A model generated the notes under the pieces. The model did not search any database. It saw only the letters and a program-made list of their open reading frames with translations, and had not been told where the DNA came from. DNA of 64,000 nucleotides, taken from the NCBI GenBank assembly GCA_038062895.1, contig JBBTWJ010000005.1, positions 131,715 through 195,714 on the forward strand, read 5' to 3'. The stretch comes from Patescibacteria group bacterium (lineage in GTDB: Bacteria > Patescibacteriota > Microgenomatia > UBA10105 > UBA927). Within the stretch, counting starts at the first letter, position 1. The number at the start of each line of letters is the position of its first letter. Position numbers and translations under genes: made by a program. Below, piece by piece: positions 52,041 through 61,889 of this stretch.

Positions 52041-53166
52041 TTCAAGTGCTCATCATGTTTCTCCATCATGTGCCAATCGTTTGGTTTTAATCGACGGCAA
52101 TGCAATACTGCACCGCGCGTATCATGCGCTGCCACCCTTAACGACTCCAGATGGAACCGTCGTTAACGCGGTCTACGGATTTGTCTCCATCCTCATCAAA
52201 ATCTTCAATGATTTGAAACCCACCCATATGGCGGTTGCCTTTGACCGCGCAGCGCCGACGTTTCGCAAAAAACTTTATAAAGAATATCAGGCGAGTCGGC
52301 CGAAGATGGAGGATGCGCTTGTGGGGCAAATAAGCATTGTCCATGATGTGGTGGCGGCATTCGGGATACCTAATTTTGAGTTAGACGGGTATGAAGCGGA
52401 TGACGTGATCGGGACACTCGTCAAACGAGTGTATGATGAGCGCGTGATGCAGAAACCACATGATGAGCACATGATGGAGAAATCACGTGCCGATCATGTA
52501 TCCCGATCAAGTGCTCATCAATCACCGGAGGTGATCATCGTGACGGGGGATAAGGATATATTGCAGCTCGTGGATGACAAAAGGGGCGTGAAAGTGTTCA
52601 TGCCGACGAAGGGATTGTCTGAGGGGAAGCTCTATGGGGAGGCGGAAGTGGTTGAGCGGCTGGGGGTGACCCCTAGCCAGATACCGGAGCTCAAAGCGCT
52701 CATGGGAGACAGCTCCGACAATTACCCGGGAGTGGCGGGGATCGGGCCGAAGACGGCGGTTGATTTGATTACGAGATATGAAAATATTGACACTATATAT
52801 AGGACAATAAACAGTAAACAAAAAGCAGGAAAAGGGGGGAAAGGGGAGAGGGGGAGCGGGAGAGTGGGAGATGGGGAGAAAATATCCCTTGGGGTGAGAG
52901 AAAAATTGGTTAAGGGGGAGGAGATGGCGAGGATGTCTAAAGATTTGGCGACGATACGCGTAGATGTGCCGGTAGTGATGGAACCGCTTGAGCCGATTGA
53001 AACACTGGATACGGAAGAAGCTCGAAAAATACTGCAAGCACTTCATTTTCCGTCGCTCCTCAAGAGACTGACCGGGATTGATGATGGGAAGAGGGGGAGA
53101 CCCTCCTTCGTCCCGCCCGGCGGGACTACGGCGGGCGAGGCGGGGGAGCAGCAGGAGTTGTTTTGA
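52033..53166 (+). CDS. 5'-3' exonuclease (Pol I N-terminal/FEN-like domain only) with in-frame low-complexity insertions
   Basis: 'LVLIDGNAILHRAYHALP', 'GYEADDVIGTL', 'VTGDKDILQLV' and an HhH2 region. Insertions are encoded by the GATGAGCAC motif array (52432-52545) and a GGGGA-rich repeat (52820-52900). Confidence 0.75.
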   Translation: MDNSSAHHVSPSCANRLVLIDGNAILHRAYHALPPLTTPDGTVVNAVYGFVSILIKIFNDLKPTHMAVAFDRAAPTFRKKLYKEYQASRPKMEDALVGQISIVHDVVAAFGIPNFELDGYEADDVIGTLVKRVYDERVMQKPHDEHMMEKSRADHVSRSSAHQSPEVIIVTGDKDILQLVDDKRGVKVFMPTKGLSEGKLYGEAEVVERLGVTPSQIPELKALMGDSSDNYPGVAGIGPKTAVDLITRYENIDTIYRTINSKQKAGKGGKGERGSGRVGDGEKISLGVREKLVKGEEMARMSKDLATIRVDVPVVMEPLEPIETLDTEEARKILQALHFPSLLKRLTGIDDGKRGRPSFVPPGGTTAGEAGEQQELF

Positions 53167-53170
53167 ACCT

Positions 53171-53620
53171 ATGACAGTAGAGGTTGATCAGAGCGGTAGG
53201 ATAGAGGATTTATCTACCGGAACAGCGATAGCAATTGCCAATGGAAAAAGTAGCGCGGTGTTTGTGAGTGCCGGAACAAAAAGGAAGATTATCGTCCGTC
53301 TTCGCCGTAATAGTTTCATCCCCGCGAAGGATTTACCGGCAATTATTTTTAGTGTCGTATTGTTCATGTTGATTGAAGAACACAAGATTGACGTATTGAA
53401 GATTGATGAGGAATACACAGGAAAGAATGAAATAATAGAAGAGACACTTAAAAAGTTATATCTGAGAAGTCGAAAAAAAAGAATTCCAGATGTTCGGTTT
53501 GTGAGAATTGGAAAACAATCACCAGCTCATAAGGTAGCGTGGGAAGTCCATAGGTCTAAAGGGCGATCGCCTGATACAAAAAAGGTTTCGGAAAAAAATA
53601 TATTACAGTACGTACTGTAG
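53171..53620 (+). CDS. hypothetical protein
   Basis: Start at the internal Met 'MTVEVDQ', 5 nt after the exonuclease stop. No motif. Confidence 0.3.
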   Translation: MTVEVDQSGRIEDLSTGTAIAIANGKSSAVFVSAGTKRKIIVRLRRNSFIPAKDLPAIIFSVVLFMLIEEHKIDVLKIDEEYTGKNEIIEETLKKLYLRSRKKRIPDVRFVRIGKQSPAHKVAWEVHRSKGRSPDTKKVSEKNILQYVL

Positions 53621-53739
53621 CAAGCGAGCGGGCAATAAAAAAGCCGGTCTTATCGACATCACTCTCCGCTTTTACGGCGAGGGGTCGCTTCGAATCCGAC
53701 TATGAAAATAGTATACCATGATAGTAGTAATAGTCAATT

Positions 53740-53898
53740 ATGAAAATCGCATTGGTACATGATTTTTTACGGGAGTACGGGGGAGCGGAAAGGGTTGTGG
53801 AAACCTTGCCTCGACACAACGCTTACTTACTCGCAAGGGCTACGTCCTTGCCTCGCAAGAGCGCGTGTACGGGGCTGCGGTTTCATAACGTTATATGA
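53740..53898 (+). pseudogene. upstream ORF that duplicates the first 23 codons of the downstream glycosyltransferase, then diverges; its stop overlaps the GT start (ATGA)
   Basis: MKIALVHDFLREYGGAERVVETL is identical in both copies, but 13/23 codons differ synonymously. Lies 86 bp upstream of the GT gene. Confidence 0.45.
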
Positions 53899-55076
53899 AG
53901 ATAGCTTTAGTTCATGACTTTCTTAGAGAATACGGTGGTGCTGAAAGGGTTGTCGAAACCTTGCATGAAATGTGGCCGGAGGCGCCGCTTTATACGTCGT
54001 TTGTGGATTGGGGAAATTTGGGGGATCAGGGGTATAGGTTCAAAAATTGGGATATACGGACGAGCTGGGTGCAGCAGTTTTGGTTCATCAAAAAATTTAT
54101 TTCGCCCCTCCGGTTTCTCGCTCCTTGGATCTGGGGGAGCTTTGATCTCTCCGGGTATGACGTGGTCATTTCAAGTTCGGGTTGGTTTATTTGTCGTGGC
54201 GTTCGAATGGGAGATCCTTCGACTCGCTCCGCTCGCTCAGGACGTGCTCTGCACGTTTGCTACATCCATCATCCTCCGAGGAATCTGTATGGGTATGCGA
54301 CGGGCAGTGATCTGCAGAAGTACTGGATCGTGCGCGTGTATGCGGCAATCGTGAACTTCTTTCTCCGGCACTACGACTATGAAACGGCGCAGAAGGTGGA
54401 CTACTTCATTGCTAATTCTCAGGAGACGAAACGGAGGGTGTTGAAATTCTATAGACGTGATGCTGCCGTTATCTATCCTCCAATTGAATTATCCAATTAT
54501 CCAATTATCCAATTATCCAATAATCCAATAAAAATTCATAAGAAATACTATTTATCTGTTGGGCGGCTCACGTACAGTAAGCGGGTGGATATCGCAATTG
54601 CGGCGTGCAAAAAACTTGGATTGCCGCTCATGATCGTCGGAACGGGCAAAGAAGAGGAATCGTTGAAAAAACTAGCTTCGCAAGGCCTGGCCTTGCGAAG
54701 CTGTGGTATTGAGTTTTTGGGGAGTGTAAACGACGAGGAACTGTCTCGGCTCTACGCGGGGGCCAAGGCGCTTATCTTTTGTGCGCTGGATGAGGACTTC
54801 GGGATGGTACCGGTAGAGGCCATGGCCCATGGGACGCCCGTCATCGCTCTGGCTCAAGGTGGAGTGGTGGAGACGGTGGTGGACGGGAAAACTGGCATTC
54901 TTTTTCACGAGGTGACAGTGGAGAGCTTGATAAAAGCGTTGGGGAGATTTAGGGGATTAGGGGGATTTGGGGAAATGGGGGAAAATTGTATAAAACAAGC
55001 CGAGAAGTTTGGCAAAGAGCGGTTTAAGAAGGAATTGTTGGCGTTTATAAATACCCAGAGGTTTAAAGCTAATTAA
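53895..55076 (+). CDS. glycosyltransferase family 4 (GT-B fold)
   Basis: C-terminal 'EDFGMVPVEAMAHGTPVIA' EX7E-type motif. N-terminal GT4 domain. In-frame insertions encoded by the 8-bp repeat and by the 29-bp palindrome. Confidence 0.8.
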   Translation: MKIALVHDFLREYGGAERVVETLHEMWPEAPLYTSFVDWGNLGDQGYRFKNWDIRTSWVQQFWFIKKFISPLRFLAPWIWGSFDLSGYDVVISSSGWFICRGVRMGDPSTRSARSGRALHVCYIHHPPRNLYGYATGSDLQKYWIVRVYAAIVNFFLRHYDYETAQKVDYFIANSQETKRRVLKFYRRDAAVIYPPIELSNYPIIQLSNNPIKIHKKYYLSVGRLTYSKRVDIAIAACKKLGLPLMIVGTGKEEESLKKLASQGLALRSCGIEFLGSVNDEELSRLYAGAKALIFCALDEDFGMVPVEAMAHGTPVIALAQGGVVETVVDGKTGILFHEVTVESLIKALGRFRGLGGFGEMGENCIKQAEKFGKERFKKELLAFINTQRFKAN

Positions 55077-55179
55077 CCCGTCGGGTTGATTTGCTCCCGC
55101 TAGATTTGCATTTTTCCCCAGATAGGTGTAAAAAACGTTTCCAGGCCATTTTTTGTCAGATTGACCTGCGTAGCAGCAG

Positions 55180-55551
55180 ATGAGTCATCGTATAGATAGA
55201 GAACCAGCCAGTGATCAAGAGCTTGCTCGTCGAAAAGAAGCGATGCAATCTGCCGGGCAAAAATTTCTCAAGGAGCACCCCGAGGTAATTGTCTGTGTGT
55301 ATGTAGGATCAGCATTGAAGGTTGTTGATCCGGGTGATACGGATATTGTGATTATTGCGGAACCCAACTTTATAAAAACACGAGAAGAAGTCGATAGTGA
55401 TCTTTGGTTTGGATTTAGTGCTGTTGGATTGCCTCATCCTGATACGTTCGAGGTGGTTAAAGTTCGTCCGGAAAGTATGGTTACGATCGATAATTTAGAA
55501 CGTTTATTACCGGAAAATTGTCCGTATGGTCTGTTTCCGGTGGTTCGCTAA
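55180..55551 (+). CDS. minimal nucleotidyltransferase-like protein (weak)
   Basis: 'VYVGSALKVVDPGDTDIVI' resembles the GS...DxD nucleotidyltransferase motif. Confidence 0.35.
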   Translation: MSHRIDREPASDQELARRKEAMQSAGQKFLKEHPEVIVCVYVGSALKVVDPGDTDIVIIAEPNFIKTREEVDSDLWFGFSAVGLPHPDTFEVVKVRPESMVTIDNLERLLPENCPYGLFPVVR

Positions 55552-55561
55552 CGACAATTAT

Positions 55562-58087
55562 TTACACCTCCACATTATCGCTTTTGATTCCATAGATAGC
55601 GCACCAATCCTGGCTGCCGACGCGGGATTGTCCTTCTAGGACCGGGATGGCAAAGTGGGGAGGCTGGTAGAGGTGGCCGGCGGCTGCAAGCCGTTTGGGA
55701 AGTGCGAAACGAATCCACCAATCCATGAGCCGGGTGACGGAAAGGTTGGCGAGATTGTGCCCCACTTCGTCGTTGGTGAGATTGGCCCCAACCGTTTGAT
55801 TGGCAATACGTATTCCTTCAGGATCTGAAGGGTTTTTGACCAGCCGATAGGTAATAAGATCATCGGGGCTGGCTTCCTCGTGTCCGCGTAGATGCGGGGT
55901 ATGTGGACGGATTTGTAGAATAATTTCTCCAAGCTCTGTCGAGGTGACGGTCCAGCTGGCAAATTGATCACGGATTGCCGGGTCTTCACTCATTTTATTT
56001 TCCGGAACTTCGCACAGAAGGACTTCCGTGAGTGAGGGGTCGGTTTGCCATGCCGAATAGCCGCCGTATTTCCAGGGAAAATCCGGATTGGTAAAAAAAT
56101 CTTTCACCTGTGCTTCGGATGTGAGCATCACCCAAGGGGCTTTACCTCGCTGGTCCGGCGAGAAGCAGGAGCGGATCGTAACATGATTGCCGCGTGAGAA
56201 TATGTCTTTGGAAAGCCGGAGCATCCGATCAGTATCAGAAGAAAGAACGACGGTGTATGGGGAACGGATTTCATCAGGTATGAGGGTGTTGATCATGTGT
56301 TGGGCGCGGGCTTTGGTTGATTCATACAGGCTATTGCTTTGATGAATCGCTTCACGGGTTTGATCGACAAGGTGATTGATGCCCAGTTCGGACGTAACAT
56401 ATCGCCAGGGATTGCGGAGTTTGGCTTTAAACCATTCCAGTGCTCTATCGTATTCAGAACCGGTCAGGAGCTTATTTCTCCCATTTTGAAGACGGGGAAT
56501 AAGCCCTTTGAATATTTCCGCTGTACCTCCATCGATCGTGATTTCCTGCGCGCTCGATAACATTTTTGTATAGGCTCCGAAGATAATGGGTATATGTTCG
56601 CCCACTCTCGTCCCGACACGGGCGATATGAGAGCCGATGCCGCCGTTTCCTGCTACAAGCCCCACGATGTTGCTATGAGTTTTGTGATCCATGAGTTTCG
56701 TCATGATAGCCAAGGAAACGGACGGAATGACCAGGACGCAGGGTTCATCCATATATTGTTGGGATTGTTCAATAGATGTCACGATCCTGCCTCCTGCGTT
56801 GCCGATCGAAATCGAGATGCCTGACCCAAGCATTTCTCCCTCGTCGCGTTTGCGCTTGACGATATCCGGATCAAGGGGAGCAGCAAGAAGCGAACGAAGC
56901 TCAAGGGTGGTCATTTTGCGTATCGCCTCATGTTCGGAGAGTTTGTCTTTGGCGATGAGTTCCTGCAATACCCGGAAATGCGCCATTGGTTGGAGCGGTA
57001 CGTCGCGGGTTTGGAGAAGCCACACCGTTTTGCCGTCAAAGGTAAACTCTACATCCTGGGGATAGAGATAGTGCTCTTCGAGTAGATTGATAATGGTCGA
57101 AAGTTGGGCTTTGGCAATATCAGGAAGAGGAAGGTCGTCCACGGTGTATTGGCCATGGGTACCGCGTTCGCCGACCACTGCTGTGCCTTGTTTGCCGGAT
57201 ACAAAAGCCACGGAGGGAATCTTTTTTCCGGTTTGAATGTTGCGCGTGAGGAGTACCCCTGCTCCGGCGCGCGTGTCCTGACCGAGTCCCCACACGATTT
57301 GCTGGATGATTGCTGCTGTGCCGATCGTATCGGGAATGCCATTTTGCCGGCGGTAGCCTGCGGCCTCCTGTTTGTTCCAAGAATCAAAGACTCCGTGGAC
57401 CGCGGCATAGATCTGGTCCTGGGGATCCTGGGGGAATTGGAATCCATGATCCAAATAGATGGATTTCGTGCGATCGACCATGCTCTTGAGTTCCATGACA
57501 GGAAGATCAGAGACACGATTGGCCTCAAATCGAGCGAGACTCTCTGTCCTCACCCTATGAAGCTCGTCGCGGGGAATCCCATACGCCTCTTGACCGAGAT
57601 GGATCATCATCTCGAGATATGCTTTCCACGCATTTTGTTGTCCGATTTCGTTTCCGAGACCCCGGACCGTCTGGTCATTGAGTCCGACGTTTAAAAGGGT
57701 GATCATCGCACCAGGCATAGAAACGGGAGCTCCGGAACGGACCGAGACGATGAGTGGGTTATCCGGATTTCCTAGACGCTTGCCTGAAGATGCTTCAAGA
57801 CGGGTGATTTGTGCAGATATTTCATGACTGAGCTGGTCGGTTATTTGGTGCTCGGAGGCTTCCCACTCACACCACGCGCCGGTTGAGAGAATAAATCCGG
57901 AGGGGACGGGGAGACCGAGTCGGGCAAGCTCGACGAGTCCCAGACCCTTGCCGCCGAGCGCGTCTTTTGTCGCGGGTATGGTCGACCGATCATCATCTAT
58001 TGCCCGGGAAAATACGAATGGTCCTGTGGGGGATTCGGGATGGGCGACATTGTCAGAATCCTGCAAAGTTTCTTGAGTTAAGGCCAT
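55562..58087 (-). CDS. ppdK: pyruvate phosphate dikinase-like PEP-utilising enzyme
   Basis: N-terminal ATP-grasp 'LGGKGLGLVELARLGLPVPSGF' and 'LIVSVRSGAPVSMPGAMITLLNVGLND'. Central phospho-His region 'GNGGIGSHIA'. C-terminal PEP-binding barrel. Confidence 0.65.
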   Translation of the reverse strand: MALTQETLQDSDNVAHPESPTGPFVFSRAIDDDRSTIPATKDALGGKGLGLVELARLGLPVPSGFILSTGAWCEWEASEHQITDQLSHEISAQITRLEASSGKRLGNPDNPLIVSVRSGAPVSMPGAMITLLNVGLNDQTVRGLGNEIGQQNAWKAYLEMMIHLGQEAYGIPRDELHRVRTESLARFEANRVSDLPVMELKSMVDRTKSIYLDHGFQFPQDPQDQIYAAVHGVFDSWNKQEAAGYRRQNGIPDTIGTAAIIQQIVWGLGQDTRAGAGVLLTRNIQTGKKIPSVAFVSGKQGTAVVGERGTHGQYTVDDLPLPDIAKAQLSTIINLLEEHYLYPQDVEFTFDGKTVWLLQTRDVPLQPMAHFRVLQELIAKDKLSEHEAIRKMTTLELRSLLAAPLDPDIVKRKRDEGEMLGSGISISIGNAGGRIVTSIEQSQQYMDEPCVLVIPSVSLAIMTKLMDHKTHSNIVGLVAGNGGIGSHIARVGTRVGEHIPIIFGAYTKMLSSAQEITIDGGTAEIFKGLIPRLQNGRNKLLTGSEYDRALEWFKAKLRNPWRYVTSELGINHLVDQTREAIHQSNSLYESTKARAQHMINTLIPDEIRSPYTVVLSSDTDRMLRLSKDIFSRGNHVTIRSCFSPDQRGKAPWVMLTSEAQVKDFFTNPDFPWKYGGYSAWQTDPSLTEVLLCEVPENKMSEDPAIRDQFASWTVTSTELGEIILQIRPHTPHLRGHEEASPDDLITYRLVKNPSDPEGIRIANQTVGANLTNDEVGHNLANLSVTRLMDWWIRFALPKRLAAAGHLYQPPHFAIPVLEGQSRVGSQDWCAIYGIKSDNVEV

Positions 58088-58189
58088 AATACACGCACAT
58101 CGGCAGGAAACAACAGCGTGGGGCGCAGTATAGCAAAGGAAGGGGAGGAAGTAAAACTATAAGATAGGTAGAAAAAACTTGACTAGTTT

Positions 58190-59311
58190 TTGTACGGTGT
58201 TACCATCATCATGTTTTATTTCCACATTTGTTTTATGGGATTAACAACTGAGACACAGGCAATGCATCTGCGTATAACCGCGGAAGAAATTCTCAATAGC
58301 GATCAGGTATTATCACGTGATATAGACCCGTGGTCGCGGCCCATCGCTGGACTCAAATTGATTACCCCTGAAGGGAATCATACAAAGAGCTTTACTCCGA
58401 TGGAAATCCTTCCTGACGCTGTCCGCCCGATCATAATTTTTGATCTCGATGATACCGTGTGGGAGCACATCCGGCACGTCGTGAGCGCGGTTTCAGATGC
58501 AACAAATATCCCTATAACCTGGGAAGAATTTAAACAATTTGGGCACACACGAAAGATTCCCGTCTGGAATGACAGTCCGGGCGCCATGGCGATCCATGAT
58601 CAGATTCAGCGGGGGGAACACCCGGATTTCTTCCCATTTGTTAACCGAGCATGGCCCAAGGCTGTAGAGACCCTCGAAGCGGTACGTTTGATGGGGCATG
58701 ATTTTAGTTTTTTGACTGCGCGAAGTCCCAAATTATTTGATGCGACACTACGCGTCATGAAATGGAATGCGATTGTACATGATCATGAGCAGGATCCGGT
58801 CGACGCACGGTCTGACGAAATACCCCGAAAGGGGATACTGTATTGTGCATATTCGGAATTATCCGATGTGCACCGGTATAAATTTGACGTTGTCAAACAA
58901 TGGGTGAGCAACGTACAAGGCGCAGGAAGAAATGGACCGATTGTCATCATCGATGATTTGTTAAGACCATTTCAGACGCTTGTGGAATCCGGAGAGGTGG
59001 TGGGCATATCGCTTGCTGGCCCATTAAATCAGCACATGCCGCCGTACCCCAATGAGCGTCGCGTTGCTTCATGGCAGGAAATAGGCGAGATACTTATGGA
59101 CATCCATCGTAAGGCCCTTGCAGCAGACCCATCACCATTCCGTTTATTTGATTGCCGTCCGATGATGGAGGATACTGTGTTGGTCGTTTCTAAGGCCGAA
59201 GCCGGCAACGGAGAATTTACACTGGAGAACATACGTCATGGGGGATTTGTATCAGCAAAACGGTGGCACAACGAACAGTCTGTGGTATTGCGGGAGCTGG
59301 GTATTACGTAA
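58190..59311 (+). CDS. HAD-superfamily hydrolase-like protein (hypothetical)
   Basis: 'IIIFDLDDTVWEH' HAD motif I. The true start is probably an internal Met. Confidence 0.4.
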   Translation: MYGVTIIMFYFHICFMGLTTETQAMHLRITAEEILNSDQVLSRDIDPWSRPIAGLKLITPEGNHTKSFTPMEILPDAVRPIIIFDLDDTVWEHIRHVVSAVSDATNIPITWEEFKQFGHTRKIPVWNDSPGAMAIHDQIQRGEHPDFFPFVNRAWPKAVETLEAVRLMGHDFSFLTARSPKLFDATLRVMKWNAIVHDHEQDPVDARSDEIPRKGILYCAYSELSDVHRYKFDVVKQWVSNVQGAGRNGPIVIIDDLLRPFQTLVESGEVVGISLAGPLNQHMPPYPNERRVASWQEIGEILMDIHRKALAADPSPFRLFDCRPMMEDTVLVVSKAEAGNGEFTLENIRHGGFVSAKRWHNEQSVVLRELGIT

Positions 59312-59870
59312 GGAATTGAACAGGATTATAGCTAAAGGGGATAACGAGGTCTGCAAAACGTTTCAAGGGATCGATGTAGAGACGGTGATTTTTTTCGACG
59401 GTAATTGACCATGCCAGGGTGTCAATATCTGACCGTCCTTTTCGGACGTCCCGGATCATGCGGCGGGCGACACGCACCTCTGTGGGAATATCCAGAAAAA
59501 TCTTCATAGCAGCCATCTCCCGAAGCGGTGAACATAACGAAAAGATTCCCTCAACGACAAGAAATTTTTTGTCGTTTGGCACCTGGATGGTCTGTGTTCC
59601 GGTGCGTTCGCTTCGTTTCATGTCATACCGGGGGATGACCGCGGGTTTGCCTTGGGCGAGTAATTGTGCAGCCTGGGCGCAGGCGGCAATATCTATAGCA
59701 GGAGGAGCGTCAAAGTTGTATGTGCCATCCTTTTCGGGCTTAAGGTGAGACTTGCCAAAATAGAAGTGATCCATTTCTAAGACGAAAGCGGTCGTAAACA
59801 ACCGGGCAAAAATGGATTTTCCTGAACAGGACCCGCCGCAGATGAGGATGATAGGGATGTTTTTTTTCAT
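59304..59870 (-). CDS. udk: uridine kinase
   Basis: P-loop 'ICGGSCSGKS', 'FDAPPAIDIA' and 'VVEGIF' uridine/cytidine kinase motifs. Confidence 0.8.
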   Translation of the reverse strand: MKKNIPIILICGGSCSGKSIFARLFTTAFVLEMDHFYFGKSHLKPEKDGTYNFDAPPAIDIAACAQAAQLLAQGKPAVIPRYDMKRSERTGTQTIQVPNDKKFLVVEGIFSLCSPLREMAAMKIFLDIPTEVRVARRMIRDVRKGRSDIDTLAWSITVEKNHRLYIDPLKRFADLVIPFSYNPVQFLT

Positions 59871-60373
59871 TTAGTGGTGAGTATTGATTGGGCTATCGCA
59901 CTAATATTCAGTGTACCGAAATTATTTTTTACATCAAGCACCAGTTTTTTGGTATAGGCAGTGTAGATTTTTCGAAGTTTTGATGGCATCCATGAAGCGT
60001 CCAGAAGATTGGATACTTTATCATACAGTTTGAATAAGCGGATCTGTGGCGCTTTATTCCAAATCATTTGTATTTCCTCGTCGATGCCCCCGTAGAAGGT
60101 CATATCGTTGATGTATGCGCGGATGGTTTGAGGAATGCCGGGAGGCAACTTCATCGTCGTATCTTCCAGAACATCGTGATACAGAAGCGTGATTGCCCCG
60201 GCTCGACGGATATTTGGCGGAAGCGTCGTTTCTGTAAGGATGGTCATCGCGCACCACAGAGGATGGATGAAGTAGGGTGTTTTTTTATCCCAAAGGCGAT
60301 AGGAGTTTTGAATTGTTTTTGAATGAAATTTATGTGCCCGAATGCTATAGCGGATATGGTCGTCGAGATTCAT
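59867..60373 (-). CDS. HD-domain phosphohydrolase
   Basis: 'HPLWCAMTIL...LLYHDVLEDT' HD motif. Confidence 0.55.
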   Translation of the reverse strand: MNLDDHIRYSIRAHKFHSKTIQNSYRLWDKKTPYFIHPLWCAMTILTETTLPPNIRRAGAITLLYHDVLEDTTMKLPPGIPQTIRAYINDMTFYGGIDEEIQMIWNKAPQIRLFKLYDKVSNLLDASWMPSKLRKIYTAYTKKLVLDVKNNFGTLNISAIAQSILTTK

Positions 60374-61515
60374 GAGTGTGGCGCAAGTTTGGTAAGCCCA
60401 GCTTCAGTATATGCATTTAATGCAGCTAAATCAAACGGTTCTCCGTTCAGTCGGCTTTTGAGTGCGCCCCAGGCTGTCGCAAAAAGTTTGCGGCGCGCTT
60501 CGTCGGTCAAGTCTGGGGTAAAGAACGCTTCGGCAAACGCCTGAAAGCTGTAGGGGAGCGCCATGGAGTTGAATAGATCCGTGTCTCCAGTTTTTTCTAC
60601 ATAATGGAGAAGGGCATTGGCTGCGACGCCGGTAAATCCTAGACCAAACCGTCCAAAACGGACCAAGTCCTGCATGGCAAACTCTCCGACCATCCATCCG
60701 GCGTCTATCGCCGGTTCGCCCCATACGAGCCTGCCGTCGGTGACGATCGGGACCGCTCGTCCATGGGAGTCGGTATGGAAATAGATGTTGTTGGCCCAGA
60801 AGTCTCCGTGAATTCTCCGGAGTCGCTCGGGATGGACGCCCATTTCATAGCGAACCCGTTCCATGTCCGCAAGAAGCCCGACGACGTCTTCATGGGAAAC
60901 CCAGGTAGCTGAGTCGAAATCAATAAGATCAGCAACGCCCGCGGCAAGCTCATCATTGTGAACAACCGCCCGGAGCGAGCGTTTATAGAGGGATTGGGCT
61001 TCTTGCGTGGTGCCGGTAAATGGTTGGGAGGCATGGATGTCAACCATCGCCTGGGCCATAAGGAGTGCGCTTTCCTGTGTGGTTTGAGCGAGATGGTGCG
61101 CATCCTCGTCAGAATCAGTATGCGTTCTGAGGACCTCGCAGAAATTGATGGCACCAGGGGGCAGAAATTGTGCAATGGCAACGACTTCGTGGATATGGGT
61201 GAGATCAATAAGCGATCCGTCCTGCGCGATGCCCACGACTGCATGGGTGGGAAGAGCGTGCGGCATGGAGTGGGAAGCTTCCAGCATAGCCTCAATGCGT
61301 GCGGATGGGAGATCGTGACCAAATTCGAGCGGACTGATGAGACGGGCAAAGACACGATCGCTCCGCGTCGTCCCCTCCACCCGAACTTCAAATCCAGTGG
61401 CGTGGAATCCCTGACCGACGGATTCAATAGAGGAAACGGAAGCGTCCTGCCCAAGCAAGCTTTGAATCAACGGATTGAGTTGGTCCCTTTGTAAAAGCTC
61501 CGGAGTAAATCCCAT
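60370..61515 (-). CDS. phosphotransferase-family kinase (APH/choline-kinase fold)
   Basis: Catalytic 'HGDFWANN' and a downstream 'TDGRLVWGEPAIDAG' Brenner/DFG-like region. Confidence 0.5.
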   Translation of the reverse strand: MGFTPELLQRDQLNPLIQSLLGQDASVSSIESVGQGFHATGFEVRVEGTTRSDRVFARLISPLEFGHDLPSARIEAMLEASHSMPHALPTHAVVGIAQDGSLIDLTHIHEVVAIAQFLPPGAINFCEVLRTHTDSDEDAHHLAQTTQESALLMAQAMVDIHASQPFTGTTQEAQSLYKRSLRAVVHNDELAAGVADLIDFDSATWVSHEDVVGLLADMERVRYEMGVHPERLRRIHGDFWANNIYFHTDSHGRAVPIVTDGRLVWGEPAIDAGWMVGEFAMQDLVRFGRFGLGFTGVAANALLHYVEKTGDTDLFNSMALPYSFQAFAEAFFTPDLTDEARRKLFATAWGALKSRLNGEPFDLAALNAYTEAGLTKLAPHS

Positions 61516-61566
61516 TCGTCGTTACAATTGCGGCAGGGATTAATCGAATATATAGGTCAGTCGTAT

Positions 61567-61782
61567 TTAATCTCGACCTGATACATAAATATTTACATCG
61601 GAAAGTTTTGTTATCGACGAAGCGACAGTGTCAGGATCAATACCAAGATTAATTAGCATATCTCTTTCTTTTGGTGTCATAATAACTGGATCATACGGTT
61701 TTGCGCGGAGAGCGCGAACAAGAAGATTGCCAATAATAGGATTCGTTTCACCATCCTCTATGGAATCTGGTAGTAGCGGCAT
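61567..61782 (-). CDS. hypothetical small protein (weak)
   Basis: The C-terminal part of a longer ORF looks protein-like. Start set at the internal Met. Confidence 0.2.
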   Translation of the reverse strand: MPLLPDSIEDGETNPIIGNLLVRALRAKPYDPVIMTPKERDMLINLGIDPDTVASSITKLSDVNIYVSGRD

Positions 61783-61889
61783 ATTTTTATGATTGTCGCG
61801 TACTATAGCACGAATAACAGCGTTTGACAATTTGTCAACATCTGTTACTATACATGAGCACGCATGATTGGCGTGTTTTATAACGCAAA

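Noticed and set aside
60705-61454. 249-codon minus-strand ORF in a different frame within the kinase gene region
   Set aside because: It is an alternative frame of the 60370..61515 gene. The chosen frame carries the HGDxxxxN kinase motif, and this one is Pro/Arg/Ser-rich junk.
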